From Candidatus Omnitrophota bacterium (GTDB lineage Bacteria; Omnitrophota; Gorgyraeia; Gygaellales; Profunditerraquicolaceae), in NCBI GenBank assembly GCA_011620275.1, contig WOZK01000017.1, positions 3,237 to 67,236 on the forward strand: a stretch of 64,000 nt of DNA, read 5' to 3'. Position 1 is the first letter of the stretch, and the number at the start of each line of letters is the position of its first letter. The position numbers and the translations under genes were made by a program. Under the pieces are notes generated by a model. That model saw only the letters and a list, made by a program, of their open reading frames with translations. It did not search any database and was not told the origin of the DNA. This document shows positions 1 through 9,426 of this stretch, piece after piece.

Positions 1-378
1 AATAATTTCAAGCTCAACAACGACAAGATAACCAGCGTGGAACAAGCCGGGAAAGCTGCCGACCAGGTGATGCGTTATCTGGAGCTGGAATCAATACTGG
101 TGACTATGGGAGAACAGGGGATGGCGCTTTTCGAGAAAGACGGCCGTTCAATCACGATACCGACGGTGGCGCAGGAGGTATTCGACGTCTCGGGAGCGGG
201 GGATACCGTAATAGCCGTTTTTACCCTGGCCCTGGCTTGCGGCGCCACTAAGGCCGAAGCCGCGCATATCGCCAATTTCGCGGCGGGCATAGTGGTCAGC
301 AAGCTGGGCACGGCGGTCACAAGCCGGGAGGAGTTGTTGAAGAAGATCAAAGAACACGCTTCGCGGGGGGTGCGTTGA
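1..378 (+). CDS. rfaE1: D-glycero-beta-D-manno-heptose-7-phosphate kinase (RfaE/HldE kinase domain), 5'-truncated by window edge
   Basis: Frame open from base 1; PfkB signature VFDVSGAGDTVIA and ANFAAGIVVSKLGTA; stops without a fused adenylyltransferase domain; next to kds genes. Confidence 0.9.
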   Translation, partial: NNFKLNNDKITSVEQAGKAADQVMRYLELESILVTMGEQGMALFEKDGRSITIPTVAQEVFDVSGAGDTVIAVFTLALACGATKAEAAHIANFAAGIVVSKLGTAVTSREELLKKIKEHASRGVR

Positions 379-1121
379 TGGACGTTATCGGCGTTATCCC
401 GGCCCGTTACGCCTCCACCAGACTGGAAGGCAAGGTGCTGGCAGACATCGCCGGAAAACCGATGATCCGCCGTGTCTGGGAAAGGGCGCGTAAAGCGAAA
501 CTGCTGGATGATCTGCTGGTCGCTTGCGACGATGAAAGGATAGCCGAAACGGTAAAGGGCTTCGGCGGCAAGGCAGTAATGACCGCGAAGGCCCATACCT
601 GCGGCACCGACCGGATAGCGGAAGCGGTCTATCCGCTGGACGCCAGGGCGGTGGTGAACATACAGGCGGACGAACCTCTCCTGCAGCCGGTGATGATCGA
701 TCAGCTGGCGCAGGCTTTGCTTTCAGATGATTCAGCGTCAATGGTCACTCTGGCAAAACGCATAGAAAAGCAGGAGGAAATAACGGATCCCAACGTGGTC
801 AAGGTGGTTTTCGACAAGAATAACCTGGCGTTGTATTTTTCCCGCTCCGCCATACCTTACCACGCGGCCGGTTCCCGTGTTGAGGCACCGGTTTATTATA
901 AGCACGTAGGAATGTACGGATACACCAAGGATTTCCTTTTTACCTACAAGAATATGCCTCCTTCTTCCCTGGAGAAAACGGAGAAGCTCGAACAGCTCCG
1001 GGTGCTGGAGGCCGGTTGCCGCATCAAGGTTATAGAGACGCGTTATGAGACCATAGGTGTGGATACTGTCGAGGACCTGGAACGCGTGAAGGCGGCTATT
1101 GAGGTTTCGGGGGATAAATGA
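378..1121 (+). CDS. kdsB: 3-deoxy-manno-octulosonate cytidylyltransferase
   Basis: IPARYASTRL..K, GTDR, NIQADEP, LYFSRSAIP and EKLEQLRVLE motifs; ATG overlaps upstream TGA. Confidence 0.96.
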   Translation: MDVIGVIPARYASTRLEGKVLADIAGKPMIRRVWERARKAKLLDDLLVACDDERIAETVKGFGGKAVMTAKAHTCGTDRIAEAVYPLDARAVVNIQADEPLLQPVMIDQLAQALLSDDSASMVTLAKRIEKQEEITDPNVVKVVFDKNNLALYFSRSAIPYHAAGSRVEAPVYYKHVGMYGYTKDFLFTYKNMPPSSLEKTEKLEQLRVLEAGCRIKVIETRYETIGVDTVEDLERVKAAIEVSGDK

Positions 1122-1957
1122 AGACGTCCGTAAGGGAGATAACCATAAGCGGGACAGTAAAGGTCGGCGGAAGGCGTCCGCCTCTGCTTATCGCCGGGCC
1201 CTGCGTTATAGAGTCGGAGAAACACTGTCTTTTGGTCGGCAGAAAGATTAAAGATATCGCGGCCGCGCACGGCGTCGCTTACGTCTTCAAGGCCAGTTAC
1301 GACAAGGCGAACAGGCTTTCCGGGACCTCTTTTCGCGGACCAGGTATCAAGGCGGGGCTGAAGGTGCTTTCCGCGGTCAAGAAAAAACTTGATGTTCCCG
1401 TCTTGAGCGACGTGCATTGCCGCGAAGAAGTGGCCTCCGCCGCCAGGGTGCTGGATGTTCTGCAGATTCCGGCTTTCCTCTGCAGACAGACGGATCTCGT
1501 CGCGGAAGCGGCGCGCAGCGGCAGGGCGGTGAACATCAAGAAAGGCCAATTCCTTTCCCCCTGGGACATCGCCCCGATAGTCGCCAAGGCCGAGGCCTGC
1601 GGCAACAGGAGGATATTGCTTACCGACAGGGGATACTCGTTCGGTTATAATAACCTGGTCAGCGATCTGCGCAGTCTGGCCGTGATGCGCCGTACCGGAT
1701 GCCCCGTGATTTACGACGCCACGCACAGCGTGCAGCTGCCGGGAGGCAAGGGCGGGGCGTCTTCCGGACAGAGAGAATTCGTGGAAGCCCTGGCGCGCGC
1801 CGCCGTGGCCTTCGGCTGCGACGGCCTGTTCCTGGAGGTCCATCCGGACCCGGACAACGCCCCGTGCGACGGCCCGAACATGATAGATTTCGGCACGCTG
1901 GACGCCCTGCTGGGGCAGGTGAAGGCAATCAGCGACAGCCTTAAAGCTGCAGTTTGA
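1118..1957 (+). CDS. kdsA: KDO 8-phosphate synthase
   Basis: IAGPCVIES, KASYDKANR, QIPAFLCRQTDL, KKGQFLSP, DATHSVQ motifs. Confidence 0.97.
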   Translation: MKTSVREITISGTVKVGGRRPPLLIAGPCVIESEKHCLLVGRKIKDIAAAHGVAYVFKASYDKANRLSGTSFRGPGIKAGLKVLSAVKKKLDVPVLSDVHCREEVASAARVLDVLQIPAFLCRQTDLVAEAARSGRAVNIKKGQFLSPWDIAPIVAKAEACGNRRILLTDRGYSFGYNNLVSDLRSLAVMRRTGCPVIYDATHSVQLPGGKGGASSGQREFVEALARAAVAFGCDGLFLEVHPDPDNAPCDGPNMIDFGTLDALLGQVKAISDSLKAAV

Positions 1958-1971
1958 AAGAGAGCGGGTAA

Positions 1972-2934
1972 ATGGATATATTAAAAAGGGCCAGACAGGT
2001 TTTCGACATAGAGGCGAAAGCGGTCCTGGAATTGAAGAGCGGGCTGGGCGCGGATTTCCGCCGTGCGGTGAAAATAATAATGTCCTGTAAAGGCAGGGTC
2101 GTGGTGACTGGGATGGGGAAAGCCGGCATCATCGGCCAGAAACTCTCCGCTACGCTTGCCTCTACCGGGACACCAAGCCTTTTCTTGCATTCGGCGGAGG
2201 CCATCCACGGCGACCTCGGGAGGGTCACCCGCGAGGACTCGGTGGTTATCCTTTCCAACAGCGGAGAGACGGACGAAGTTAAGAGACTGTTGCCTTTGCT
2301 CAAGAAGATGGGGGCGAAGGTCGTCGCGGTAACCGGCAACGCCTCTTCTTCTCTGGCGAAATACAGCGACGCCGTGTTGAACACCTGCGTCAAGAAGGAG
2401 GCCTGCCCTCTGGGACTGGCGCCGACTTCTTCCACCACGGCGATGCTGGCTATGTGCGACGCGCTTGCGGTCTGCCTTTTGGATCTGCGCGGTTTCAAGG
2501 AGCAGGATTTCGCTTTTTACCATCCGGGCGGGGCTTTGGGAAAAAGATTGCTGCTTAAAGTGGAGGATATAATGCGCAAGGGCCCGGCCAATCCAGTGGT
2601 GGAGGAGGACTCTAAAATCTCGGCGGTGCTTCTAAAGATAACGCACGCGCGCGCCGGCAGCGCCTCGGTCGTGGACGCCAAAGGAAGGTTAAGCGGGATA
2701 TTCACCGACGGCGATCTGCGCCGCAACCTGGAGTCCGGGAAATCGATCACCGGTCTGCCGGTCAGAGAAGTGATGACGCGCAACCCGGTGAGGGTAAGAG
2801 CGCAGATGCTGGCGGCGGAGGCGGTACGTCTGCTGCAGGAGAAAAAAATAGACGAATTGCCGGTAGTGGACGAAAAGTCCAGGCCGGTCGGACTGCTCGA
2901 CGTGCAGGATTTATTGAAAGCCGGCTTGATATGA
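1972..2934 (+). CDS. kdsD: Arabinose-5-phosphate isomerase (KpsF/GutQ; SIS domain plus CBS pair)
   Basis: VVTGMGK, TLASTGTP, EAIHGDLG, EACPLGLAPTSST, HPGGALG; C-terminal CBS domains. Confidence 0.95.
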   Translation: MDILKRARQVFDIEAKAVLELKSGLGADFRRAVKIIMSCKGRVVVTGMGKAGIIGQKLSATLASTGTPSLFLHSAEAIHGDLGRVTREDSVVILSNSGETDEVKRLLPLLKKMGAKVVAVTGNASSSLAKYSDAVLNTCVKKEACPLGLAPTSSTTAMLAMCDALAVCLLDLRGFKEQDFAFYHPGGALGKRLLLKVEDIMRKGPANPVVEEDSKISAVLLKITHARAGSASVVDAKGRLSGIFTDGDLRRNLESGKSITGLPVREVMTRNPVRVRAQMLAAEAVRLLQEKKIDELPVVDEKSRPVGLLDVQDLLKAGLI

Positions 2935-3482
2935 CGGAAACCAGCGGTATGGTTCCTTTGAAAGTGAAAGAGAAGGCCGGCAGGGTCGGGCTTCTGCTGC
3001 TGGATGTCGACGGCGTGCTTACCGACGGCAGGATCATCTACGATTCCGGGGGCCGCGATTCCAAGTTCTTCGACGTGCACGACGGGATGGGAGTCCATCT
3101 GTTGAAAAAAGCCGACATACCGACCGTGCTTATAACCGCCAAAGGTTCGAGAGCGATCAAGCCGCGCGCCAGGGATATGCGTGTGGATGCGGTATATGCG
3201 GATGTTTCTCCCAAAAGTTCGGTTCTGGAGAAGATCCTTTCCAAGTACGGGCGTAGCGCAGATGAGGTCTGTTTCGTCGGCGACGACCTGGTTGACCTTT
3301 GCTTGATGAGAAGAGTGGGGCTGCCCGTGGCCGTGGCCAACGCCTGCGAGGAGATAAAACGCGCCGCCGCATACGTTACCTCGCGTTACGGCGGCAGGGG
3401 GGCGGTGCGCGAGGTGGCGGAAATTATATTGAAGGCGCACGGCCGGTGGGACGAACTCGTCGGGAAATATTATGATATGTAG
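2931..3482 (+). CDS. kdsC: KDO 8-phosphate phosphatase (HAD family)
   Basis: LDVDGVLTDG, GDDLVD, GGRGAVRE motifs. Confidence 0.95.
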   Translation: MTETSGMVPLKVKEKAGRVGLLLLDVDGVLTDGRIIYDSGGRDSKFFDVHDGMGVHLLKKADIPTVLITAKGSRAIKPRARDMRVDAVYADVSPKSSVLEKILSKYGRSADEVCFVGDDLVDLCLMRRVGLPVAVANACEEIKRAAAYVTSRYGGRGAVREVAEIILKAHGRWDELVGKYYDM

Positions 3483-4356
3483 AGGCGTATTCACGGCGTT
3501 TATAATGCTGCTGCTTTTTGCGCAAGCCGCGGCGCAGGAGACGCCGAACGCCGAGAAGCAGGAAGTCCCTCAGCAGATAAATGATTTCTCTATATCCGGT
3601 TACGGCGAAAAAGGCAGGAAATCCTGGGATGTCTCCGGCAAAAGCGCGGATATTCTCGAGGACAAGATCAATCTAAAGGAAGTAAAAGGCAATCTTTACG
3701 GCGAAGATGACGACGTCAGCCTGACCGCAGACAAAGGGGTTTTTCACCGGGAGGCGGGAGTGGTGCATCTGGAAAAGAACGTTTTTATTACCACCGCTTC
3801 CGGGGTCAAGTTGACTACCGATTCCCTCGATTGGGACAGAAAGAACCAGCTGGTCGACACGCCGGACGAGGTAAACATCGAGCGGCAGAATATGATCGCC
3901 AACGCCCTGGGGGCAAGCGGAAGGCCCGCCCTGAACCAGGTGACCTTAAAGAAAAACATCAAGGCGGAGATAACTCCGGACAAACCGGACGCCGCGGAAG
4001 AGGACAGGGCGAAGGTGATCGTTACCTGCGACGGTCCGGTGGATATAGATTACGCGAAGAACGTCGCCGTATTCAGGAACAACGTGAAGATCGATAGAAC
4101 GGACGCGCAGGTCTACAGCGACGAGATGACGGTGTATTTCTCCCGCAAGGCAGATGCGGTGAAAAGCGGGAAGGACATGAACGGCAGCCTGAAGCGGATA
4201 GTAGCCAGGGGCAACGTCAAGGTAGTCAGAGGGGAAAATATTTCTTACAGCGAAGAAGCGGTGTATAACGCCTCCGACGGCCGCATAGTCCTGACCGGCA
4301 AACCCAAATTGATCATCAATTCCCCGGAGGAGATGAATGCATCTTTTGGAAACTAA
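3472..4356 (+). CDS. LPS export periplasmic protein, apparent LptC-LptA fusion
   Basis: N-terminal hydrophobic segment; LptC-like half (LTTDSLDWD) followed by an OstA/LptA-like half (IVARGNVKVV, AVYN..GRIVLTGKP); lies between kdsC and lptB. Confidence 0.75.
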   Translation: MICRGVFTAFIMLLLFAQAAAQETPNAEKQEVPQQINDFSISGYGEKGRKSWDVSGKSADILEDKINLKEVKGNLYGEDDDVSLTADKGVFHREAGVVHLEKNVFITTASGVKLTTDSLDWDRKNQLVDTPDEVNIERQNMIANALGASGRPALNQVTLKKNIKAEITPDKPDAAEEDRAKVIVTCDGPVDIDYAKNVAVFRNNVKIDRTDAQVYSDEMTVYFSRKADAVKSGKDMNGSLKRIVARGNVKVVRGENISYSEEAVYNASDGRIVLTGKPKLIINSPEEMNASFGN

Positions 4357-5059
4357 GGACCTTTGCAAGAGTTACGACGGCAGGGAAGTCGTGAAAGGGG
4401 TCAACATTCTGGTGAAAAGGGGTGAGATTGTCGGCCTGCTCGGGCCAAACGGCGCGGGCAAGACGACCACTTTTTACATGATCGTGGGGATCATCCCGCC
4501 CAATCGCGGGAAAATAATCTTCGACAACCATGATATAACCGGGTTGAGCATCCACGAGAGGGCGCGTTTCGGCATCGGGTATCTTGCCCAGGAGGCTTCG
4601 ATATTCAGGAAGCTTACCGTGGAAGAGAACATTATGGCGATACTGGAAACCCTGCCGATAAACCGTCAGGAACGCGAAAGGCGCCTTAGGGAGCTGTTGA
4701 GTGAGTTGAACATATCCCATTTGGCAAAGAGCAAGGCCTTCACTCTTTCCGGGGGGGAAAGGCGCCGGCTGGAGATCACGCGCGCTCTCGTCACCAATCC
4801 GTCTTTCATCCTGCTGGACGAGCCGTTCTCCGGCATAGATCCGATAGTGGTAAGCGAGGCGCAGGGGATAATCAGGGACCTGCGCAACCGCGGACTGGGC
4901 ATATTGCTGACCGACCATAACGTCAGAGAAACCCTTTCCATAACCGACAGGGCCTATCTTATCACCGAAGGCAATATACTTATTTCCGGCACCGCCGCCG
5001 AACTGATAAACAACTCCAAGGCCAGAGAGATATATCTGGGAGAAAAATTCAGCATGTAG
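4337..5059 (+). CDS. lptB: LPS export ABC transporter ATPase
   Basis: GPNGAGKTTTFY, LSGGERRRLEI, LLDEPFSGIDP, TDHNVRETL. Confidence 0.97.
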   Translation: MHLLETKDLCKSYDGREVVKGVNILVKRGEIVGLLGPNGAGKTTTFYMIVGIIPPNRGKIIFDNHDITGLSIHERARFGIGYLAQEASIFRKLTVEENIMAILETLPINRQERERRLRELLSELNISHLAKSKAFTLSGGERRRLEITRALVTNPSFILLDEPFSGIDPIVVSEAQGIIRDLRNRGLGILLTDHNVRETLSITDRAYLITEGNILISGTAAELINNSKAREIYLGEKFSM

Positions 5060-5118
5060 GAACGCGTATCAACTCAAGGAAACATTAACCCTGCACAGGT
5101 TCAAGAAAGGGAAGTATC

Positions 5119-5997
5119 ATGAAAACGGAAACAAAGAAAGTTGATGGAACGATTAGAGAATTGAGGGTGGAAGTCTCGGGCGATGTCGTGAAGAATAAGT
5201 TCGACGGCGCCTTCAAACAGATAGGCGCGCAGGCTAAATATCCCGGTTTCCGTGCCGGACACGTGCCGCGCGATATTCTGGAGAAGAAATTCTACGAGGC
5301 CGTGCATGACTTGGTGCTGAAAGAACTCCTGCCGGAGATTTATAATAAAGCGCTGGAACAGGAAAAACTTGACGTGGTATCCCTGCCGGAGATATCCGAA
5401 GTGAAACTGGATCTGACGGCACTTTCTTTCAAGGCTAAGGTCCACGTCAGCCCCGAGATCAAACTCGGAGAATACAAGGGGATTAAGCTTTCCTACAGGC
5501 GGATAAAGGTCGATCCCGCCGAGATAGACAGGAACCTTGAGACCGTCAAGGAAACACGCAAGGCCGGGGACTTGGATGATTCTTTCGCGCGGGGCCTCGG
5601 TTACCCTGACCTTGTTGAACTCAAAAAGGCATTCGAGCGCCAGATCGCCCTTCGCAGCGACAATATTCAGCGACAGGCGCTGGAGGATACCCTGATCGAG
5701 GCGTTGTGCGGCAAGCTCGATTTTAAACTGCCCCAGCCGCTCGTCGACCGCCAGCTCAACGATATGCTGCGGCAGGCCAAGATGGACATGGCGATGAAAG
5801 GCGTGCCGGCCGATAAACTTGAGGAACAGGAAACGGAGTTGAAAAAGGAACTGGAACCGATGGCCAGGGCGCAGGTGAAGACCTATCTCGTGCTTTCTGA
5901 GATCGCCAGGCGGGAAAAAATAGCGGATGATGAACATCTGCCGCGTAATGTCATCGAATTCCTTTTCAGGAACGCGGCGTGGGAGATAAAGGATTAA
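5119..5997 (+). CDS. tig: Trigger factor lacking the central FKBP/PPIase domain
   Basis: Ribosome-binding PGFRAGHVP motif; N-domain joined directly to LDDSFAR C-domain; only 292 aa; precedes clpP. Confidence 0.88.
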   Translation: MKTETKKVDGTIRELRVEVSGDVVKNKFDGAFKQIGAQAKYPGFRAGHVPRDILEKKFYEAVHDLVLKELLPEIYNKALEQEKLDVVSLPEISEVKLDLTALSFKAKVHVSPEIKLGEYKGIKLSYRRIKVDPAEIDRNLETVKETRKAGDLDDSFARGLGYPDLVELKKAFERQIALRSDNIQRQALEDTLIEALCGKLDFKLPQPLVDRQLNDMLRQAKMDMAMKGVPADKLEEQETELKKELEPMARAQVKTYLVLSEIARREKIADDEHLPRNVIEFLFRNAAWEIKD

Positions 5998-6053
5998 CCG
6001 GAACTTTTAACTGCCGTGCCGGCTCTTCCGGCGCGTTCCAAGGAGGTACGTTG

Positions 6054-6656
6054 ATGACAGAGAAAATGCAGACACTTGTCCCGATGGTCATAGAACAGAC
6101 GGCGCGCGGTTACGAGCGGGCTTATGATATATATTCGCGGCTGTTGAAGGACAGAATAATCTTCATCGGCACGCCGATAGACGATAACATAGCCAATCTG
6201 GTCATCGCGCAGATGCTTTTTCTGCAGATGGAGGACGCCGCTAAAGACATCAACATCTATATCAATTCTCCAGGAGGGGCTGTGACCGCCGGGCTGGCGA
6301 TTTATGATACCATGCAGTTCTTGAAGTGCGCCGTTGCCACCTACTGTATCGGGCAGGCGGCGAGTATGGGCGCCATCCTACTCGGAGCCGGGACCAAAGG
6401 CAAACGGTTCGTCCTTCCAAATTCCCGCATTATGATACATCAGCCATGGGGAGGGGTGCAGGGAGTAGCCGAGGATATCTCCATCCATGCCAGAGAGATA
6501 CTGAAACTGCGGGACAAGATCAACGGCATACTTGCCAAGCACACCGGACAGAACATGGAAAGGATACAGAAGGACACCGACAGGGATTTTTTCATGTCGG
6601 CGGAAGAAGCCAAAGAATACGGTTTAATAGACGAGGTTATAATCAGCAAAAAATAG
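6054..6656 (+). CDS. clpP: ATP-dependent Clp protease proteolytic subunit
   Basis: [27 protein letters not shown] (catalytic Ser), IMIHQP; AGGAGG SD before TTG/ATG at 6051/6054. Confidence 0.97.
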   Translation: MTEKMQTLVPMVIEQTARGYERAYDIYSRLLKDRIIFIGTPIDDNIANLVIAQMLFLQMEDAAKDINIYINSPGGAVTAGLAIYDTMQFLKCAVATYCIGQAASMGAILLGAGTKGKRFVLPNSRIMIHQPWGGVQGVAEDISIHAREILKLRDKINGILAKHTGQNMERIQKDTDRDFFMSAEEAKEYGLIDEVIISKK

Positions 6657-6683
6657 CTTTTTAAGCTCCGGGAGGTCGTTAAA

Positions 6684-7823
6684 ATGAGAAAGAATTATCT
6701 GTTGACGCCTGGCCCCACGCCGCTGCCGCCGGAGGTTTGTTCGGCGCAGGCGAGGCCGATAATACACCATCGCACGCCGCAGTTCCAGGCTGAGTTGAAA
6801 GAGGCGTTCGCCGGGTTGAAGTATATTTTTCAAACGGAGAGGGATGTTTTTATTCTTTCTTCTTCCGGCACCGGCGCTATGGAGACCGCCGTGGTCAATC
6901 TTTTGTCGCCCGGCGAAACTGCGCTTGTGATTGAAGGCGGCAAATTCGGGCAGAGATGGAGCGAAATCTGCCGGGCCCACGGCATTTCCGTGAAGACACT
7001 GGAAGTCGAGTGGGGGAAGGCGGCCGATCCCAAGGCAGTGGCCGCGGCCCTCAAGGCCGATCTTTCCATCAAGGCGGTTTTCGCCACCCTCTGCGAGACA
7101 TCCACCGGCGTGACCTTCGACATCCGCGGTTTCGGCGAAGCGGTAAGCGCTTCCCCGGCGGTGCTGGCGGTGGACGCCGTCAGCGGTCTGGGGGCGATAG
7201 AACTGAAGACCGACGAATGGGGAGTGGACGTCTGCGTTTCCGGTTCCCAGAAGGGATTGATGCTGCCTCCGGGATTGGGATTCATCTCTGTGAGCGCTAA
7301 GGCCTGGAAGATGGTGGAAGCGTCTAAGTCCTCGCGTTATTACTGGGACCTGCGCAGGGCGAAGAAGGCCATAGACAAGACCGATACCGCTTTCACTCCG
7401 GCGATATCCCTGGTGATAGCGCTTAACGAGAGCCTGAGGATGATGAAAGAGGACGGTCTGGAGAAGATATTCGCCAGGCACCACCGGATGGGGGAGGCGG
7501 TGCGCGCGGCGGTGAAAGCCCTGGGTCTTTCTCTATTCGCGCCTTCCGCGGCCTCGGACGTGGTTACGTCGATATACGTTCCGTCCGGCATAGACGGGGA
7601 GAAACTGGTTAAGACCATGCGCGATATCTACGGCGTAACCATCGCCGGAGGTCAGGACGAGATGAAAGGCAAGCTTATCCGGATAGCGCATATGGGTTAT
7701 ATAGAGGAGTTCGACATAATAGTGGGTATTTCCTGTTTGGAAAAAGTTTTGAGCAAGATGGGATATAAGTTCATTTTGGGCAGCGGTGTGAAGGCCGCCC
7801 AGGAAGTATTCTTGCAGGATTGA
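6684..7823 (+). CDS. Class V PLP aminotransferase (alanine-glyoxylate/serine-pyruvate family), probably serving the SerC role
   Basis: LLTPGPTP, SSGTGAME, CETSTG, VDAVS, SGSQKGLMLPPG; directly upstream of serA. Confidence 0.88.
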   Translation: MRKNYLLTPGPTPLPPEVCSAQARPIIHHRTPQFQAELKEAFAGLKYIFQTERDVFILSSSGTGAMETAVVNLLSPGETALVIEGGKFGQRWSEICRAHGISVKTLEVEWGKAADPKAVAAALKADLSIKAVFATLCETSTGVTFDIRGFGEAVSASPAVLAVDAVSGLGAIELKTDEWGVDVCVSGSQKGLMLPPGLGFISVSAKAWKMVEASKSSRYYWDLRRAKKAIDKTDTAFTPAISLVIALNESLRMMKEDGLEKIFARHHRMGEAVRAAVKALGLSLFAPSAASDVVTSIYVPSGIDGEKLVKTMRDIYGVTIAGGQDEMKGKLIRIAHMGYIEEFDIIVGISCLEKVLSKMGYKFILGSGVKAAQEVFLQD

Positions 7824-7839
7824 AAAGCGGAGGTGAGTG

Positions 7840-9426
7840 ATGGCGAAGGTATTGGTCAGCGATCCCCTTTCCGAGGAGGGGCTTAAAATATTACAGGAGA
7901 GCGGCGGTCTGCAGGTAGATGTCAGGACCGATTTGACCCCTGAGCAGCTCAAGGGCGTTATCGGGGATTACGACGCCCTGGTGGTGCGCAGCGCCACCAA
8001 GGTCACGCGCGACGTGATATCGGCGGCGGCCAGACTTAAAGTAATCGGCAGGGCGGGCGTGGGGCTGGACAACGTCGACCTCGAGGCCGCCACGCAAAAA
8101 GGTATCATAGTGATGAATACCCCGGCCGGCAACACAATGTCCACTGCCGAGCACACGGTGAGTATGATTCTCTCGCTGGCCAGGAACATCCCGCAGGCCA
8201 GCGCCTCGGTCAAGAGAGGCGAGTGGAAGCGTTCCAAATTCACGGGGGTCGAGCTTTACGGAAAGACGCTCGGCATCGTGGGATTGGGCAGGATCGGCAC
8301 CGAGGTGGCCAAGCGCGCTTTTTCTTTCGGCATGCGGATCCTGGCTTTCGACCCCTTTCTTTCCCGGCAGGTGGCCGAAGAACTGGGAATAGAGATAGTG
8401 GAGCTGAAAGAACTTTTCAAACGCTCGGATTTCATAACCATACATACCCCGCTTACCGCGGATACCAAGCATCTTATATCTACGGAGCAATTCGCGTTGA
8501 TGAAGAAAGGCGTGCGGCTGGTAAATTGCGCTCGCGGAGGAATCGTGGATGAGGCGGCCCTGGTCGCGGCGGTGAAAGAAGGGAAGGTCGCCGGAGCGGC
8601 CCTGGACGTTTTTGAAAAAGAACCGGTCTCTCCCGATAACGAACTACTGCAACTTGACGAGGTCATCACTACACCTCATCTTGGCGCTTCCACAGAGGAG
8701 GCGCAAGTGAATGTCTCTATCGAGGTCGCCGAAATAGTGCGGGACGCGCTGCTCGGCCGCGGCATACGCAACGCGGCGAATTATCCTTCCCTGGAGAACG
8801 AGGTCTATAAGGTGCTGGAGCCTTACACAGTGCTGGCGGAGCGGCTCGGTATATTCGCCGGACAACTGGCCGAGGGAAGGTTCCATGAAATAAAGATTAC
8901 CTACGTCGGAGACATCATCAAATACAACCTGACGCCTTTGACCATGGCGATCGCTAAAGGGCTGCTTTCCCCGATATTGAAGGAAACGGTCAATTTCATC
9001 AATGCCACTTCACTGGCCAAGGAACGCGGCATCAATATTACCGAGACAAAATCGCCTAAAGAGGGGGAGTTCGTAACTCTCGTGCAGTTGGAGATCAATA
9101 CGGACAAGGAATCGCGTAGGATAGCCGGCACTTTGTCCGCCAACAAGCAGCCGCGCATAGTCAAGATCGACGATTATTACGTGGAATCTTCTCCGGTCGG
9201 AGAAATGCTTTTCATCCGCAACCGCGACGTGCCCGGTATAATCGGCGGGCTGGGGTCGCTGATGGGGCAGTATAATATCAACATCGCGGCCATGAGTTTC
9301 GGCCGGCAGATTGCCGGGGGCACGGCCCTTTCCGTGTTGAATGTGGACAGCGTTCTTACCCAGGAGGTGCTGGAGAAGGTCAGGAAGATAGAGAATGTTC
9401 TTTACGCGAAAGTGATAAAGATATGA
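7840..9426 (+). CDS. serA: D-3-phosphoglycerate dehydrogenase (long type with ASB/ACT domains)
   Basis: VRSATKVT, GRAGVGLDNVD, GLGRIG, NCARGG, TPHLGAST. Confidence 0.97.
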   Translation: MAKVLVSDPLSEEGLKILQESGGLQVDVRTDLTPEQLKGVIGDYDALVVRSATKVTRDVISAAARLKVIGRAGVGLDNVDLEAATQKGIIVMNTPAGNTMSTAEHTVSMILSLARNIPQASASVKRGEWKRSKFTGVELYGKTLGIVGLGRIGTEVAKRAFSFGMRILAFDPFLSRQVAEELGIEIVELKELFKRSDFITIHTPLTADTKHLISTEQFALMKKGVRLVNCARGGIVDEAALVAAVKEGKVAGAALDVFEKEPVSPDNELLQLDEVITTPHLGASTEEAQVNVSIEVAEIVRDALLGRGIRNAANYPSLENEVYKVLEPYTVLAERLGIFAGQLAEGRFHEIKITYVGDIIKYNLTPLTMAIAKGLLSPILKETVNFINATSLAKERGINITETKSPKEGEFVTLVQLEINTDKESRRIAGTLSANKQPRIVKIDDYYVESSPVGEMLFIRNRDVPGIIGGLGSLMGQYNINIAAMSFGRQIAGGTALSVLNVDSVLTQEVLEKVRKIENVLYAKVIKI

